Below are positions 49,661 to 58,901 of a stretch of 64,000 nt of DNA, piece after piece. The DNA is taken from assembly GCA_902770595.1 (NCBI GenBank), contig CACXTQ010000004.1, positions 3,445-67,444 of the forward strand, in the 5' to 3' direction. Position 1 is the stretch's first letter. Each line of letters opens with the position of its first letter. Under the pieces are notes generated by a model. It did no database searches. It was not told the DNA's origin and saw nothing but the letters and a program-made list of their open reading frames with translations. A program made the position numbers and the translations under genes. The DNA is from an uncultured Bacteroidales bacterium. Lineage in GTDB: Bacteria; Bacteroidota; Bacteroidia; Bacteroidales; UBA3663.

Positions 49661-52252
49661 ATGAAGCCCCTCCTCCCTCTCCTCGCCCTCCTCTCCCTCG
49701 CCTCCTGCACAACCACGCCCGAGACCACCCGTGACGAAGCCCTCGCCTTCCTCTACGCCTCCATGCCCCTCCCCGACAGCGTGGACTATAGTCGTGACTT
49801 CTGGCTCCAGAATATCGACTGCGCCCTTCAGGCACGCCGCGAGATGCCATGGGGCAGCACCATCCCCGAACGCGAATGGCGCCACTTCGTCCTCCCCGTG
49901 CGTGTCAACAACGAGAACCTCGACACCTGCCGAATTGTGTTCTATCCGCAGCTCAAGGACCGCGTCAAGGGCCTCTCGATGGCCGAAGCCATCCTCGAGG
50001 TCAACCATTGGTGCCACGAACGCGTCACCTATCAGCCCAGCGACGAACGCACCTCATCTCCCCTCGCCACCATCCGTACAGCCTATGGTCGTTGCGGTGA
50101 GGAATCCACCTTCCTCGTAGCAGCCTTGCGCAGCGTCGGCATACCCGCCCGCCAGGTCTATACCCCACGCTGGGCCCACACCGACGACAATCACGCCTGG
50201 GTCGAAGCATGGGCTGACGGCGAGTGGCATTTCCTCGGTGCCTGCGAACCTGAACCCGTTCTCGACCTCGGTTGGTTCAATCAGCCCGCTTCGCGTGCCA
50301 TGCTCATGCACACCAAGGTCTTCGGCCAATACGATGGACCCGAAGAAGTGATGCAGCGCAACGCCTGCTTCACCGAAATCGACGTCACCAGTCGCTATGC
50401 TCCCGTGGCTCGCAATTATGTCCAAGTGCTAGATGCCGAGGGGCATCCCGTGCCCGATGCCACGGTGGAATTCAAGATCTACAACTATGCTGAGTTCTAC
50501 ACCGTCCTGCGTCGTCAGACCAATGCTGAGGGCATTACGTCTATGCAGGCAGGCTTGGGCGACCTCATCTGCTGGGCTCACAAAGGCGATGCCTACGGCT
50601 TCCGCAAGATTCACATCGGCGATACCGACACGCTACGCCTCACGCTCAATCATCATCCAGGCGAACGCTACAGCATCGACCTCGACATCGTGCCTCCTGA
50701 CGAACGAAACACGTTGCCCGAAGTCTCCCCCGAACAACGTGCGCTCAACACCCGGCGTTTAGTCTATGAGGATTCGCTCCGCAATGCCTACGTCGCCACC
50801 TTCCCCACGTCCAACGACCCGCTCATCCTTGCCTCACATGGCAATTATGAGGTAATCAATCAATTCCTGAACCAAAATACCATCGTCGGTGAGGCAATCA
50901 GCCCCAATCTTCGTCGTTCATTGCTCAAGGCGCTTTCTGCCAAGGACCTCCGCGATGTCACGCCCGACGTACTGCGCGATGCCTTCTTTGGCTTCGAGCT
51001 TGCCGAACTTGATGCGATGGATGACTTCAAGATGCAGTACGTCGTCAATCCACGCGTTGCCAACGAAGGACTCCGTCCCTACAAGGCCTTCTTTGCCCAG
51101 CACATCAGCGACGAGCAGGCCAACGCCTGGCGTGCCGACCCGCAGCAGCTTGCAGTATGGATTGGCCAGAACATCGCGCTCGACACCACGCGCAATCCCC
51201 AGAACCTGCGCATGACACCCGTCGGAGCCTGGCTCAACCGATGCTGCGATGCCACCTCGCGCGACATCCTCTTCGTCGCCATCGCCCGCAGTTGCCACAT
51301 CCCCGCCCGCATCGACCCCGTGACCCGCAAACTGCAGTTTGCTCAAATGGGAACCACGCCCCTTTGGACCGATGTTAACATCGAGGGCCCAGCTCCTGCC
51401 CCTTCTATCAACCCCGCTTCGTCCATCAATCCCGCTCCTTCCGTTTCAGTAGCGACCAAGCTTGGTCGCCCATCGCTTCAAGGCGCCCTCTCCCTCACCT
51501 ACACCCCCACGCGCTTCAACCCCGATCCGAAATACTACACCCACTTCACCCTCTCGCAAATCAAGGATGGCTCGCCCGTCCTTCTCAACTACGGCGAAGG
51601 CGACACCCATCAAAGCCTTTTCGGCAACAATGCCACGTCGTTCGATTGTGGCGACTACATGCTCGTCACGGGCACACGTTTGGCCACAGGTTCCGTGCTC
51701 ACCCATATCGAGGTCTTTCCCATAGTGAAGGACCAGAAGGTCAAGGTGCCGCTGATGCTACGACAGGCCGAAACGGGATTGCAGGTCATCGGTAACTTCA
51801 ACAGCGAGAACCTCTACAACGACCTCAAGCAGGGCACGAAATCCCTGCTCTCCACCACGGGTCGCGGCTATTACATTCTCGGCATCATCGCTCCCAACAA
51901 CGAACCCTCTAACCATACGCTGCGCGACATCGCCCAGTGCAAGCAGGCTTTCGATCAATGGGGCATTCCCTTCGTCCTCCTCTTCCGCAACCAGCAGGAT
52001 GCTGCCCGTTTCTCCGACACTCCCTCCTTCCCCGACAAAACCTTCTTCGGCACCGACATCGACGGCAAAATCCTCGGCGAACTATGCACCGAGATGCACA
52101 TCAATAACCCCACCCTCCCCATCTTCATCATCGCCGACACCTTCAATCGCGTCGTCTTCCTCTCCGAAGGCTACACCATCGGCCTCGGCGAACAGTTAAT
52201 CAAGGCAGAAAGCACTCTGACGGGCGACAGAGTACTTGCTCTTACAGTATAA
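49661..52252 (+). CDS. Transglutaminase-like domain lipoprotein (863 aa)
   Basis: Lipobox LSLASC. YGRCGEESTFLVAALRSVGIPARQVYTPRWAHTDDNHAWVEAW carries a transglutaminase-core Cys/His/Asp pattern. Confidence 0.75.
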   Translation: MKPLLPLLALLSLASCTTTPETTRDEALAFLYASMPLPDSVDYSRDFWLQNIDCALQARREMPWGSTIPEREWRHFVLPVRVNNENLDTCRIVFYPQLKDRVKGLSMAEAILEVNHWCHERVTYQPSDERTSSPLATIRTAYGRCGEESTFLVAALRSVGIPARQVYTPRWAHTDDNHAWVEAWADGEWHFLGACEPEPVLDLGWFNQPASRAMLMHTKVFGQYDGPEEVMQRNACFTEIDVTSRYAPVARNYVQVLDAEGHPVPDATVEFKIYNYAEFYTVLRRQTNAEGITSMQAGLGDLICWAHKGDAYGFRKIHIGDTDTLRLTLNHHPGERYSIDLDIVPPDERNTLPEVSPEQRALNTRRLVYEDSLRNAYVATFPTSNDPLILASHGNYEVINQFLNQNTIVGEAISPNLRRSLLKALSAKDLRDVTPDVLRDAFFGFELAELDAMDDFKMQYVVNPRVANEGLRPYKAFFAQHISDEQANAWRADPQQLAVWIGQNIALDTTRNPQNLRMTPVGAWLNRCCDATSRDILFVAIARSCHIPARIDPVTRKLQFAQMGTTPLWTDVNIEGPAPAPSINPASSINPAPSVSVATKLGRPSLQGALSLTYTPTRFNPDPKYYTHFTLSQIKDGSPVLLNYGEGDTHQSLFGNNATSFDCGDYMLVTGTRLATGSVLTHIEVFPIVKDQKVKVPLMLRQAETGLQVIGNFNSENLYNDLKQGTKSLLSTTGRGYYILGIIAPNNEPSNHTLRDIAQCKQAFDQWGIPFVLLFRNQQDAARFSDTPSFPDKTFFGTDIDGKILGELCTEMHINNPTLPIFIIADTFNRVVFLSEGYTIGLGEQLIKAESTLTGDRVLALTV

Positions 52253-52612
52253 AGCATCGTGACGGCCGTCAGAGTACTTCCGCAATCGGAAAAAACACTC
52301 TGACGGCCGACAGAGTACTCGCTCCTATCGAATAGAGCATTATGACGCGCGACAGAGTACTTCCGCGATTTGAGCAAGCATCACGACGTGCGACAGAGTA
52401 CTTGCTTCTACAAGAAGAAGCATTATGACGGCCGTCAAAGTATTTGCGCAAATGGATAGAGTACTCTGTCGGCCGACAGAGTACTTGCTATTACAGAATA
52501 AAGCATCATAACGGCCGTCAGAATACTTACTCCTACGAAATAAAGCATCGTGACGGCCGACAGAGTGTTTGCGCAAATGGATAAAGTACTCTGACGCGCG
52601 TCAGAGTATTTG
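52213..52612. repeat. Array of ten 41-42-bp units, each centred on a CTGACGGCCGTCAG-type palindrome (REP/BIME-like)
   Basis: The cores start at 52217, 52259, 52300, 52342, 52383, 52425, 52466, 52508, 52550 and 52591. A perfect 26-bp palindrome AGTACTCTGTCGGCCGACAGAGTACT lies at 52460-52485. The array sits between convergent genes. Confidence 0.85.
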
Positions 52613-52640
52613 CTCCCCTATTCTAGAAAAAAGAAATTTA

Positions 52641-53393
52641 TCAAATCAGCATCAGGATAACAGAAATCCAGGTGACTATGGTGATGAAGCGACGGAAGAT
52701 CTTTTCGGGCAGCCAACGGACCAAACGCAAGCCCAACAGACCACCCAGGACGATGAAGGGCAGACAGCAGAGATCGGCCGCGAACGTGTGAAGCGTGATG
52801 TTGTGCCACGCGAAGATCTGGAGTGGCACTTTCAGCAGGTTCACCACCATGAAGAACCACGCATTAGTTCCCACGAAGTTCATCTTCGGCATCTCGGTCG
52901 ATAGCAGATAGATGGCCATCACGGGTCCTGCCGCATTGCCTATCATCGTGGTGAAACCGCCCAGCAAGCCGAACAACGGCCCATACCACCACTTGTCGAT
53001 GAGCATGTTCTGTTTGCCACGAAACTCGGTCACCATCATCAGGATAAGCACGAAGAGCAGGCAGGCGCCCATGAGTTTCTTGAACTCGGAGGCGGGCACG
53101 AAGTGATCGACGGCAAGTGCCACAAAAAAGCCGGCGATGGCCGAGGGCAGCAGCCGAACGATGTAGGTCCAGTTGGCTACGCGACGATAATGCATCACCG
53201 CGAAGATGTCGGCCATACAGAGCAGAGGCAGTATGAGGCCTGTGGAAGGCTTTGCCCCGAAACTCAGTGCCATAAGGGGAATCACGAGCAGCGTCACCCC
53301 TTGTATTCCCGACTTCGACATACCCACAAGCAACGCGGTGAGTGCCAGTAGCACCCACTGCGATGTTTGATATGTCAAAAAGAATTCGCTCAT
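52641..53393 (-). CDS. TauE/SafE family sulfite/anion exporter
   Basis: 250 aa with ~7-8 TM segments. LLVGMSKSGIQGVTLLVIPLMAL and the GNAAGPVM repeat are typical of TauE. Confidence 0.75.
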   Translation of the reverse strand: MSEFFLTYQTSQWVLLALTALLVGMSKSGIQGVTLLVIPLMALSFGAKPSTGLILPLLCMADIFAVMHYRRVANWTYIVRLLPSAIAGFFVALAVDHFVPASEFKKLMGACLLFVLILMMVTEFRGKQNMLIDKWWYGPLFGLLGGFTTMIGNAAGPVMAIYLLSTEMPKMNFVGTNAWFFMVVNLLKVPLQIFAWHNITLHTFAADLCCLPFIVLGGLLGLRLVRWLPEKIFRRFITIVTWISVILMLI

Positions 53394-54521
53394 TTACTCT
53401 ATCTTTCCTGCCATGCGGAGACGGACGGGAGCAGGAGTAGAGGGAGCCGTGATTGCAGCTGTGTTGACAGGCTGCTGGTTGCCCACTATGTCGAACTGGA
53501 GGGTTGCACCATCACCGCGTACGTCGATGGTGACAGGAGCGCCCATCACGAGGGGCAGATTCACGTCGCCGTGACCAGCGGGGAAGCCGCAGAGCACGGG
53601 GATTCGATAGTCCTTCAGCATCTCGTGGAGCATGGCCTCGACACTGATAGTCGTGCCATCGGGCTGCTTGAACTCGGTGCCGCAATCGGTGAACTCACCA
53701 AGGATGATGCCATTGCAGCGGTCGAGCACACCGTTCATCTGCAGGATACGCATCTGACGATCGATGTTGTGCATCGACTCCTCGACTTCCTCGATGAAGA
53801 GTATCAGGTTCTTGCCCTTGGTGGCATCGGCCTGTGAGCCAAGGTTGGGCACGAAGGTGCAGATGTTTCCTCCAACGAGCACACCACTAGCCTTACCCTC
53901 GATGTTCTGCTCGTGGGCGGGCAGTTCGTAGCGCGGAACGTTGCCGAGCAACAGGTCACGCAAGAGGATGCTGGAGGCATCGGTGCCACCCTTGGCGAGG
54001 AATGAACTCATGGTGCCGTGGATGCTCATCACCCCTGCACAGCTCCACAAGCCATGGAGTGTGGAGATGTCGCTGAAGCCGATGATCCACTTGGGCGAAG
54101 CCTTGATTACGGAGAGCGACAGGCGGTCGATTAGCTGGATGGATCCATAGCCGCCACGGTTACAGAGGATAGCCTTGATGGAAGGGTCGCTGAGCGCCCA
54201 ACGGAGGTCGCTGACGCGTTCGGCTACGGTTCCGGCATATTTTCCATCGACAATCTTACCTACGTTGGGACCGATGACGGGTTCGAATCCCCAGGCCCGC
54301 AGGAGGTCGGCCGTCTTCTCGACATTCTCCATCGGAGTGAAGTAAGAGGGCGAGACAAGTGCCACCTTGTCGCCTGCCTTGAGGTAGTCGGGCTTGACGC
54401 ATCTTTGCACATTTTGGTCAGGATTGACGAAATCGGGGTCATCGCCTTCGCACGAAGACAACATAAACATACTTATGGCAGCCATCAGGGTAGCTACTGC
54501 CATCGAAATAATCTTTTTCAT
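53394..54521 (-). CDS. LD-carboxypeptidase (peptidase S66) lipoprotein
   Basis: Lipobox MLSSC; VALVSPSY...; nucleophile motif IGFSDISTLHG; C-terminus GFPAGHG. Confidence 0.8.
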   Translation of the reverse strand: MKKIISMAVATLMAAISMFMLSSCEGDDPDFVNPDQNVQRCVKPDYLKAGDKVALVSPSYFTPMENVEKTADLLRAWGFEPVIGPNVGKIVDGKYAGTVAERVSDLRWALSDPSIKAILCNRGGYGSIQLIDRLSLSVIKASPKWIIGFSDISTLHGLWSCAGVMSIHGTMSSFLAKGGTDASSILLRDLLLGNVPRYELPAHEQNIEGKASGVLVGGNICTFVPNLGSQADATKGKNLILFIEEVEESMHNIDRQMRILQMNGVLDRCNGIILGEFTDCGTEFKQPDGTTISVEAMLHEMLKDYRIPVLCGFPAGHGDVNLPLVMGAPVTIDVRGDGATLQFDIVGNQQPVNTAAITAPSTPAPVRLRMAGKIE

Positions 54522-54547
54522 TTGTTTTTAAATATATAAATCGGACG

Positions 54548-54555
54548 CAAAGATA
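54548..54555 (-). promoter_or_regulatory. -7 promoter box (TATCTTTG on minus strand)
   Basis: TAnnTTTG match 26 nt upstream of the ATG at 54521. Confidence 0.5.
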
Positions 54556-54657
54556 CTGCTTTTTCGCGACATATCCAAACTTTTTTAAAAGAATCGCAAG
54601 CGAAGGCAATTGGAGCCTTTCACTTGCGACTGAATTGTTTCTGAAGGAATGGAAGAG

Positions 54658-55344
54658 TTACTTCAGATAGTACTCGATAGTGGTGACGACGCGGACCTTA
54701 CGCTTGTGGGGCATAACCTCGTCGCTCTCGATCTCGAACTGACCCTGGCGTGCAGTGCAGATGCTGCCGAGCTTTGCTCCGGCATCTTCGGCAAACTTCT
54801 GTGCCACGATGCGTGCGTTCTTGGTGGCTTCCTCCACCATCTCGGGCTTCAGGTCGTTCAAGCCAGTGTATTCGTAACTGCAGTAACTGTTGTCGAGGAG
54901 AACACCCTGCTTGAGCAGGTCGAGTTGCTTCATACGCAGCGTCATGATTTTCTCAACGTCGGACGAAACGATGGTGAGACGACCGGTCACAACGAAACGT
55001 GCCATAACGTCCTTCTTCTCGTTCCAGTTGTACCATGAGGAACGGTCCTCAGCCGAAGGAACATCGAGGAAGATCTCGTCCTCCTTCACGCCATTTGACT
55101 TGAGGAACTTGATGAGTTTGTCCTGCTTTGGCTCGAGGCTCTCGTAGAGGAACTCAAGTGCATTGCCGGCCACGTTGTACGACAGCGACCAGGTCACCTT
55201 GTCTGCCATAACTTCGCGCTCAGAAAGGCCCTTGACGGTAACATGACGATCCTTGTTGGCAATCTTTTCGATGCCACAATAGATGAAGTAACCCGACAGG
55301 GCTACTCCGATACCCAGGATCAATGCCCAAACATAATTTTTCAT
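54658..55344 (-). CDS. SIMPL (DUF541) domain protein, membrane-anchored
   Basis: 228 aa with an N-terminal TM segment. RHVTVKGLSEREVMADKVTWSLSY and the overall pattern fit the SIMPL family. Confidence 0.7.
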   Translation of the reverse strand: MKNYVWALILGIGVALSGYFIYCGIEKIANKDRHVTVKGLSEREVMADKVTWSLSYNVAGNALEFLYESLEPKQDKLIKFLKSNGVKEDEIFLDVPSAEDRSSWYNWNEKKDVMARFVVTGRLTIVSSDVEKIMTLRMKQLDLLKQGVLLDNSYCSYEYTGLNDLKPEMVEEATKNARIVAQKFAEDAGAKLGSICTARQGQFEIESDEVMPHKRKVRVVTTIEYYLK

Positions 55345-55382
55345 TGTTGTAAATTTTAGAGTAAAATGGTTTTATTACGTCG

Positions 55383-55390
55383 CAAAGATA
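55383..55390 (-). promoter_or_regulatory. -7 promoter box (TATCTTTG on minus strand)
   Basis: TAnnTTTG match 38 nt upstream of the ATG at 55344. Confidence 0.5.
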
Positions 55391-55431
55391 GCGGTTTCTG
55401 CCGAAATATGCAAGAAAAAGGATGGAAAAAA

Positions 55432-55460
55432 GTACGAAACATATTCACCTTTGTACGAAA
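55432..55460. promoter_or_regulatory. Candidate operator: GTACGAAA direct repeat, two copies 21 bp apart (second occurrence in the window)
   Basis: gtacgaaa occurs at 55432-55439 and 55453-55460, in the divergent SIMPL/GH2 promoter region, 42 bp upstream of the minus-strand -7 box. Confidence 0.5.
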
Positions 55461-55506
55461 ACCGTTTTTGAACGGCAAATTATATGGCAAAATAAAAAGA
55501 AAAACG

Positions 55507-55514
55507 TATCTTTG
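55507..55514 (+). promoter_or_regulatory. -7 promoter box (TATCTTTG)
   Basis: TAnnTTTG match 19 nt upstream of the ATG at 55534. Confidence 0.55.
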
Positions 55515-55533
55515 CAGCACAATTTTGATCCAT

Positions 55534-58500
55534 ATGAAACGCTTGCTCATCACACTCATCGCGCTCTGCTCACTAGTCACAGCTGGGGCGCAGCGCCAAC
55601 GCTACAACTTCAACTCCGATTGGAACATCACTTTCGTCGACCCCGACACGAATCCATCGTCCGAGGCGAAGAAGGTCACCTTGCCCCACGCATGGAACGA
55701 GGACTATGCCTTCATGGTCGAGATACGGCAACATCCCGATGCCGAAGTATGGTACCGGAAGACATTCTCACTGCCTGCTTCTGATGAAGGCAAGCACGTC
55801 CTGCTGGAATTCGAAGGTGCACGCCAAGCAGCGGAAGTGTGGATCAACGGACATCGCCTCGGCCTGCACGAGAACGGCGTCATGGCATTCGGCTTCGACC
55901 TGACACCTTATATAAATTATGCGGGCGTGAACGTCCTAAAGGTGCGCACTGACAACAACTGGAGTTATCAGGAGCAGGCCACAGGTACGCGTTTCCAATG
56001 GAACAATTCGAACTTCAACGCAAACTTCGGAGGTCTGCCCAAGAACGTCTGGTTGCACGTTGCAGGCGATATCTATCAGACACTGCCCCTCTATTCAGGC
56101 CTTGGCACAACGGGTACCTACATCTACGGCACGGACTACGACATCAAGGGCCGCAAGGTGACGGTGAATGCCGAATCGCAGGTCATCAACGCTTCGGACA
56201 AGCCGCAGCGCGTGGCCTTGCAGGTGGAGGTGCTCGACATCGACGGCAAACTTGTCGGCAAGTACAAGGGACGTTCGCAAGTGATTGCTGCGGGCGATAC
56301 GTCAGTAATCGGAGCTTCGCACAGACTCAGTGGCATGCACTTCTGGTCGTGGGGCTACGGATACCTATATAACGTCAAGACCAGCCTCGTCGTGGGCGGC
56401 AAGACCTTCGACACGGTGGAGACACGCACAGGCTTCCGTAAGACACGTTTCGCCGAAGGTAAGATCTGGCTCAACGACCGCGTGCTGATGATGCACGGCT
56501 ACGCCCAACGCACTTCGAACGAATGGCCTGGCGTGGGCATGAGTGTGCCTGCCTGGCTGAGTGACTACTCCAATGACCTGATGGTGCGTTCGGGAGGCAA
56601 TCTGGTGCGCTGGATGCACGTCACTCCCTGGAAGCAGGATGTTGAATCGTGCGACCGCGTGGGCCTTATCCAGGCAATGCCTGCGGGTGATGCCGAGAAG
56701 GACTGCAAGGGACGACAGTGGGAGCAGCGCTGCGAACTGATGCGAGATGCCATTATCTACAACCGCAACAACCCGTCCATCCTCTTCTACGAGGGTGGCA
56801 ACGAGAGCATCAGCCGTGAGCATATGGTGGAACTGAAGGAGATTCGCGACCGCTTTGACCCCTATGGCGGACGTGCCACCGGCAGCCGAGAGATGCTCGA
56901 CATCAACGAGGCAGAATACGGTGGCGAAATGCTCTACATCAACAAGAGCGGCAAGCACCCTATGTGGGCTATGGAATATTGCCGCGACGAGGGCTATCGC
57001 CAGTATTGGGACAACTATTCGTACCCCTTCCACCAAGAGGGTGCAGGCCCCTGGTACCGCAAGGCTCCTGCCGACATCTACAACCACAATTCGGATGAAC
57101 TTGCCATCGAGCACATCCGTCGTTGGTACGACTATTACGAGCAGCGACCTGGACAAGGCCGACGTGTGAGTGCAGGCGGTGTGAAGATCATCTTTTCGGA
57201 CACCAACACCCACGGACGATCGGAGTTCAGTTATCGTGTGTCGGGCGTGGTCGATCCCATGCGCATCGAGAAGGAAGGATTCTATGCGGCTCAGGTGATG
57301 TGGAACAGTTGGGTCGATATCGATTATAGCCGCACCCACATCATGGGCCACTGGAACTATCCGGAAGGAGTCAAGAAGAACATCTACGTGGTTTCGACCG
57401 ACCCTGTGGTTGACCTGCTGATCAACGATAGCCTCGTGGCACGTAGCACACAGGCCGAATACCGTTTCCTGCATACGTTCAAGAACGTCACATACGTACC
57501 AGGCACAATTCGTGCCGTGGGCTACAGCGACGCTTCTGGAAGCACTGCGAGCAGTTGTGACAGCATCGAGACTGCCGGTCCTGCCGACCACCTCAAACTC
57601 ACACTTATCCAAAGTCCCAATGGAATGGTGGCCGATGGTGCCGACATGGCGCTCGTGCAAGTGGAGGTAGTGGATAGCGAAGGTCGACGTTGCCCCACCG
57701 ACAATCATCTCATCACCTGGAAGGTGGAAGGCCCAGCCGAATACCGAGGAGGCATTGCCAAGAGTCCCGATTTCGACAACTACATTCTCGCGGAGACATT
57801 GCCCGTGGAATGTGGCGTGAACCGCGTACTGGTTCGTTCGACCACAACACCGGGCACTATCCGCGTCACTGCCTCGGCTCGTGGACTGGGCAATGCGGGC
57901 GCTAGCAGTGGCGAAGCTGCCGCTTCGACCATCGTTGGTCCTAATCCTTCGGGATGGAGCGGTAATGGCGCATCGACCAACCGCGAATGGACCACGGCCG
58001 AGGTAAGCTGGCAGACACGCCCCGTGCCCGGCGAGGTGAATGCTGGCCTCAGCACCTATATCGCGGGTGCTGCCCTACCTTGCATCCTTGACCGTGGCGA
58101 GACTCCTTTGACGCCCTCCTACGTCAATCGTTTCGAGACCATCGGCATCACTTCGGCCGAAGCAGGGGCCAACACAAATGAGGCAAAGAGCAGTTTCGAT
58201 GACAACGAACTCAGCGAATGGCGCAACGACGGACGCCTCTCGACAGCGTGGATCACCTACACGCTGGATCGTCCTGCTGCCATTGACCATATCAGCCTCA
58301 AGCTGACGGGATGGCGCCAGCGCAGTTATCCGATTGAGATCTATGCAGATGAGACGCTCGTCTGGAAGGGCGACACTCCCAAGTCGCTTGGCTACGTGGA
58401 ACTCGACATCGAGCAGCCCGTCGAGGCAAAGACCTACACCATCCGACAGGTGGGTTCGGCTACCGACAAGGAAGCCTTCGGACAAATCGTCGAACTGGCT

Positions 58501-58602
58501 GCCCCCAACGCAGGAGAACTCGACCTCTACAAGAGCGCTGATGGCGACAAAGTGAAAGGCGAGCTCCGTATTGTGGAGATTGATTTCCTGAAACGTTATT
58601 AA
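55534..58602 (+). CDS. Glycoside hydrolase family 2 protein with a C-terminal F5/8 type C (discoidin) domain
   Basis: The ATG at 55534 gives a signal peptide. FNSDWNITF...VTLPHAWNED...LEFEGARQAAEVWINGHRLG is the GH2 sugar-binding N-domain. The C-terminus NELSEWRNDGRLSTAWITYTL is discoidin-like. Confidence 0.75.
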   Translation: MKRLLITLIALCSLVTAGAQRQRYNFNSDWNITFVDPDTNPSSEAKKVTLPHAWNEDYAFMVEIRQHPDAEVWYRKTFSLPASDEGKHVLLEFEGARQAAEVWINGHRLGLHENGVMAFGFDLTPYINYAGVNVLKVRTDNNWSYQEQATGTRFQWNNSNFNANFGGLPKNVWLHVAGDIYQTLPLYSGLGTTGTYIYGTDYDIKGRKVTVNAESQVINASDKPQRVALQVEVLDIDGKLVGKYKGRSQVIAAGDTSVIGASHRLSGMHFWSWGYGYLYNVKTSLVVGGKTFDTVETRTGFRKTRFAEGKIWLNDRVLMMHGYAQRTSNEWPGVGMSVPAWLSDYSNDLMVRSGGNLVRWMHVTPWKQDVESCDRVGLIQAMPAGDAEKDCKGRQWEQRCELMRDAIIYNRNNPSILFYEGGNESISREHMVELKEIRDRFDPYGGRATGSREMLDINEAEYGGEMLYINKSGKHPMWAMEYCRDEGYRQYWDNYSYPFHQEGAGPWYRKAPADIYNHNSDELAIEHIRRWYDYYEQRPGQGRRVSAGGVKIIFSDTNTHGRSEFSYRVSGVVDPMRIEKEGFYAAQVMWNSWVDIDYSRTHIMGHWNYPEGVKKNIYVVSTDPVVDLLINDSLVARSTQAEYRFLHTFKNVTYVPGTIRAVGYSDASGSTASSCDSIETAGPADHLKLTLIQSPNGMVADGADMALVQVEVVDSEGRRCPTDNHLITWKVEGPAEYRGGIAKSPDFDNYILAETLPVECGVNRVLVRSTTTPGTIRVTASARGLGNAGASSGEAAASTIVGPNPSGWSGNGASTNREWTTAEVSWQTRPVPGEVNAGLSTYIAGAALPCILDRGETPLTPSYVNRFETIGITSAEAGANTNEAKSSFDDNELSEWRNDGRLSTAWITYTLDRPAAIDHISLKLTGWRQRSYPIEIYADETLVWKGDTPKSLGYVELDIEQPVEAKTYTIRQVGSATDKEAFGQIVELAAPNAGELDLYKSADGDKVKGELRIVEIDFLKRY

Positions 58603-58901
58603 AGGATTTCGCAAACAAAAGCGACAATGCAGCAGACTGCTGCCACGGGGAAAAGACCCCATCCGAACCAGGCGGCAACGATGCCGAAAAGCAAGGCAAT
58701 GAATCCGCCCCAAGGCGAGGAGGTCGCCTGCATGATGGCGGGAAAGGTCATCACGGCAAGCGTGACGTAAGGCACGTAATAGAGGAAACTACGCAAGAAA
58801 GGATGAGTAATCTTCTTGCGAATCAACGTCATCGGCAGGACACGTATCAGATTGGTCACGAGGACCATGATGAAGAGGTAGATCAACAGGCTATGCTTCA
58901 T
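58599..58901 (-). CDS. azlD: AzlD-family branched-chain amino acid transport protein
   Basis: 100 aa, three TM segments, directly downstream of and overlapping azlC. Confidence 0.75.
   Translation of the reverse strand: MKHSLLIYLFIMVLVTNLIRVLPMTLIRKKITHPFLRSFLYYVPYVTLAVMTFPAIMQATSSPWGGFIALLFGIVAAWFGWGLFPVAAVCCIVAFVCEIL

Noticed and set aside
52171-52576. Minus-strand ORFs of 60-78 aa with periodic peptides (KYSVGRH.ALF.RS...) inside the palindromic array
   Set aside because: The periodic peptide is just the 42-bp DNA period read in frame. The ORFs are broken across three frames, lack promoter boxes and overlap each other, so they are most likely non-coding.
52213-52612. Regularly spaced repeats that at first glance look like a CRISPR array
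   Set aside because: The conserved core is only ~14-22 bp and is degenerate. The intervening ~20-bp segments are themselves related to each other in an alternating pattern rather than being unique spacers. The period is 41-42 bp, too short for repeat plus spacer. No cas genes or leader are present. I treat it as a palindromic tandem (REP/BIME-like) array instead.
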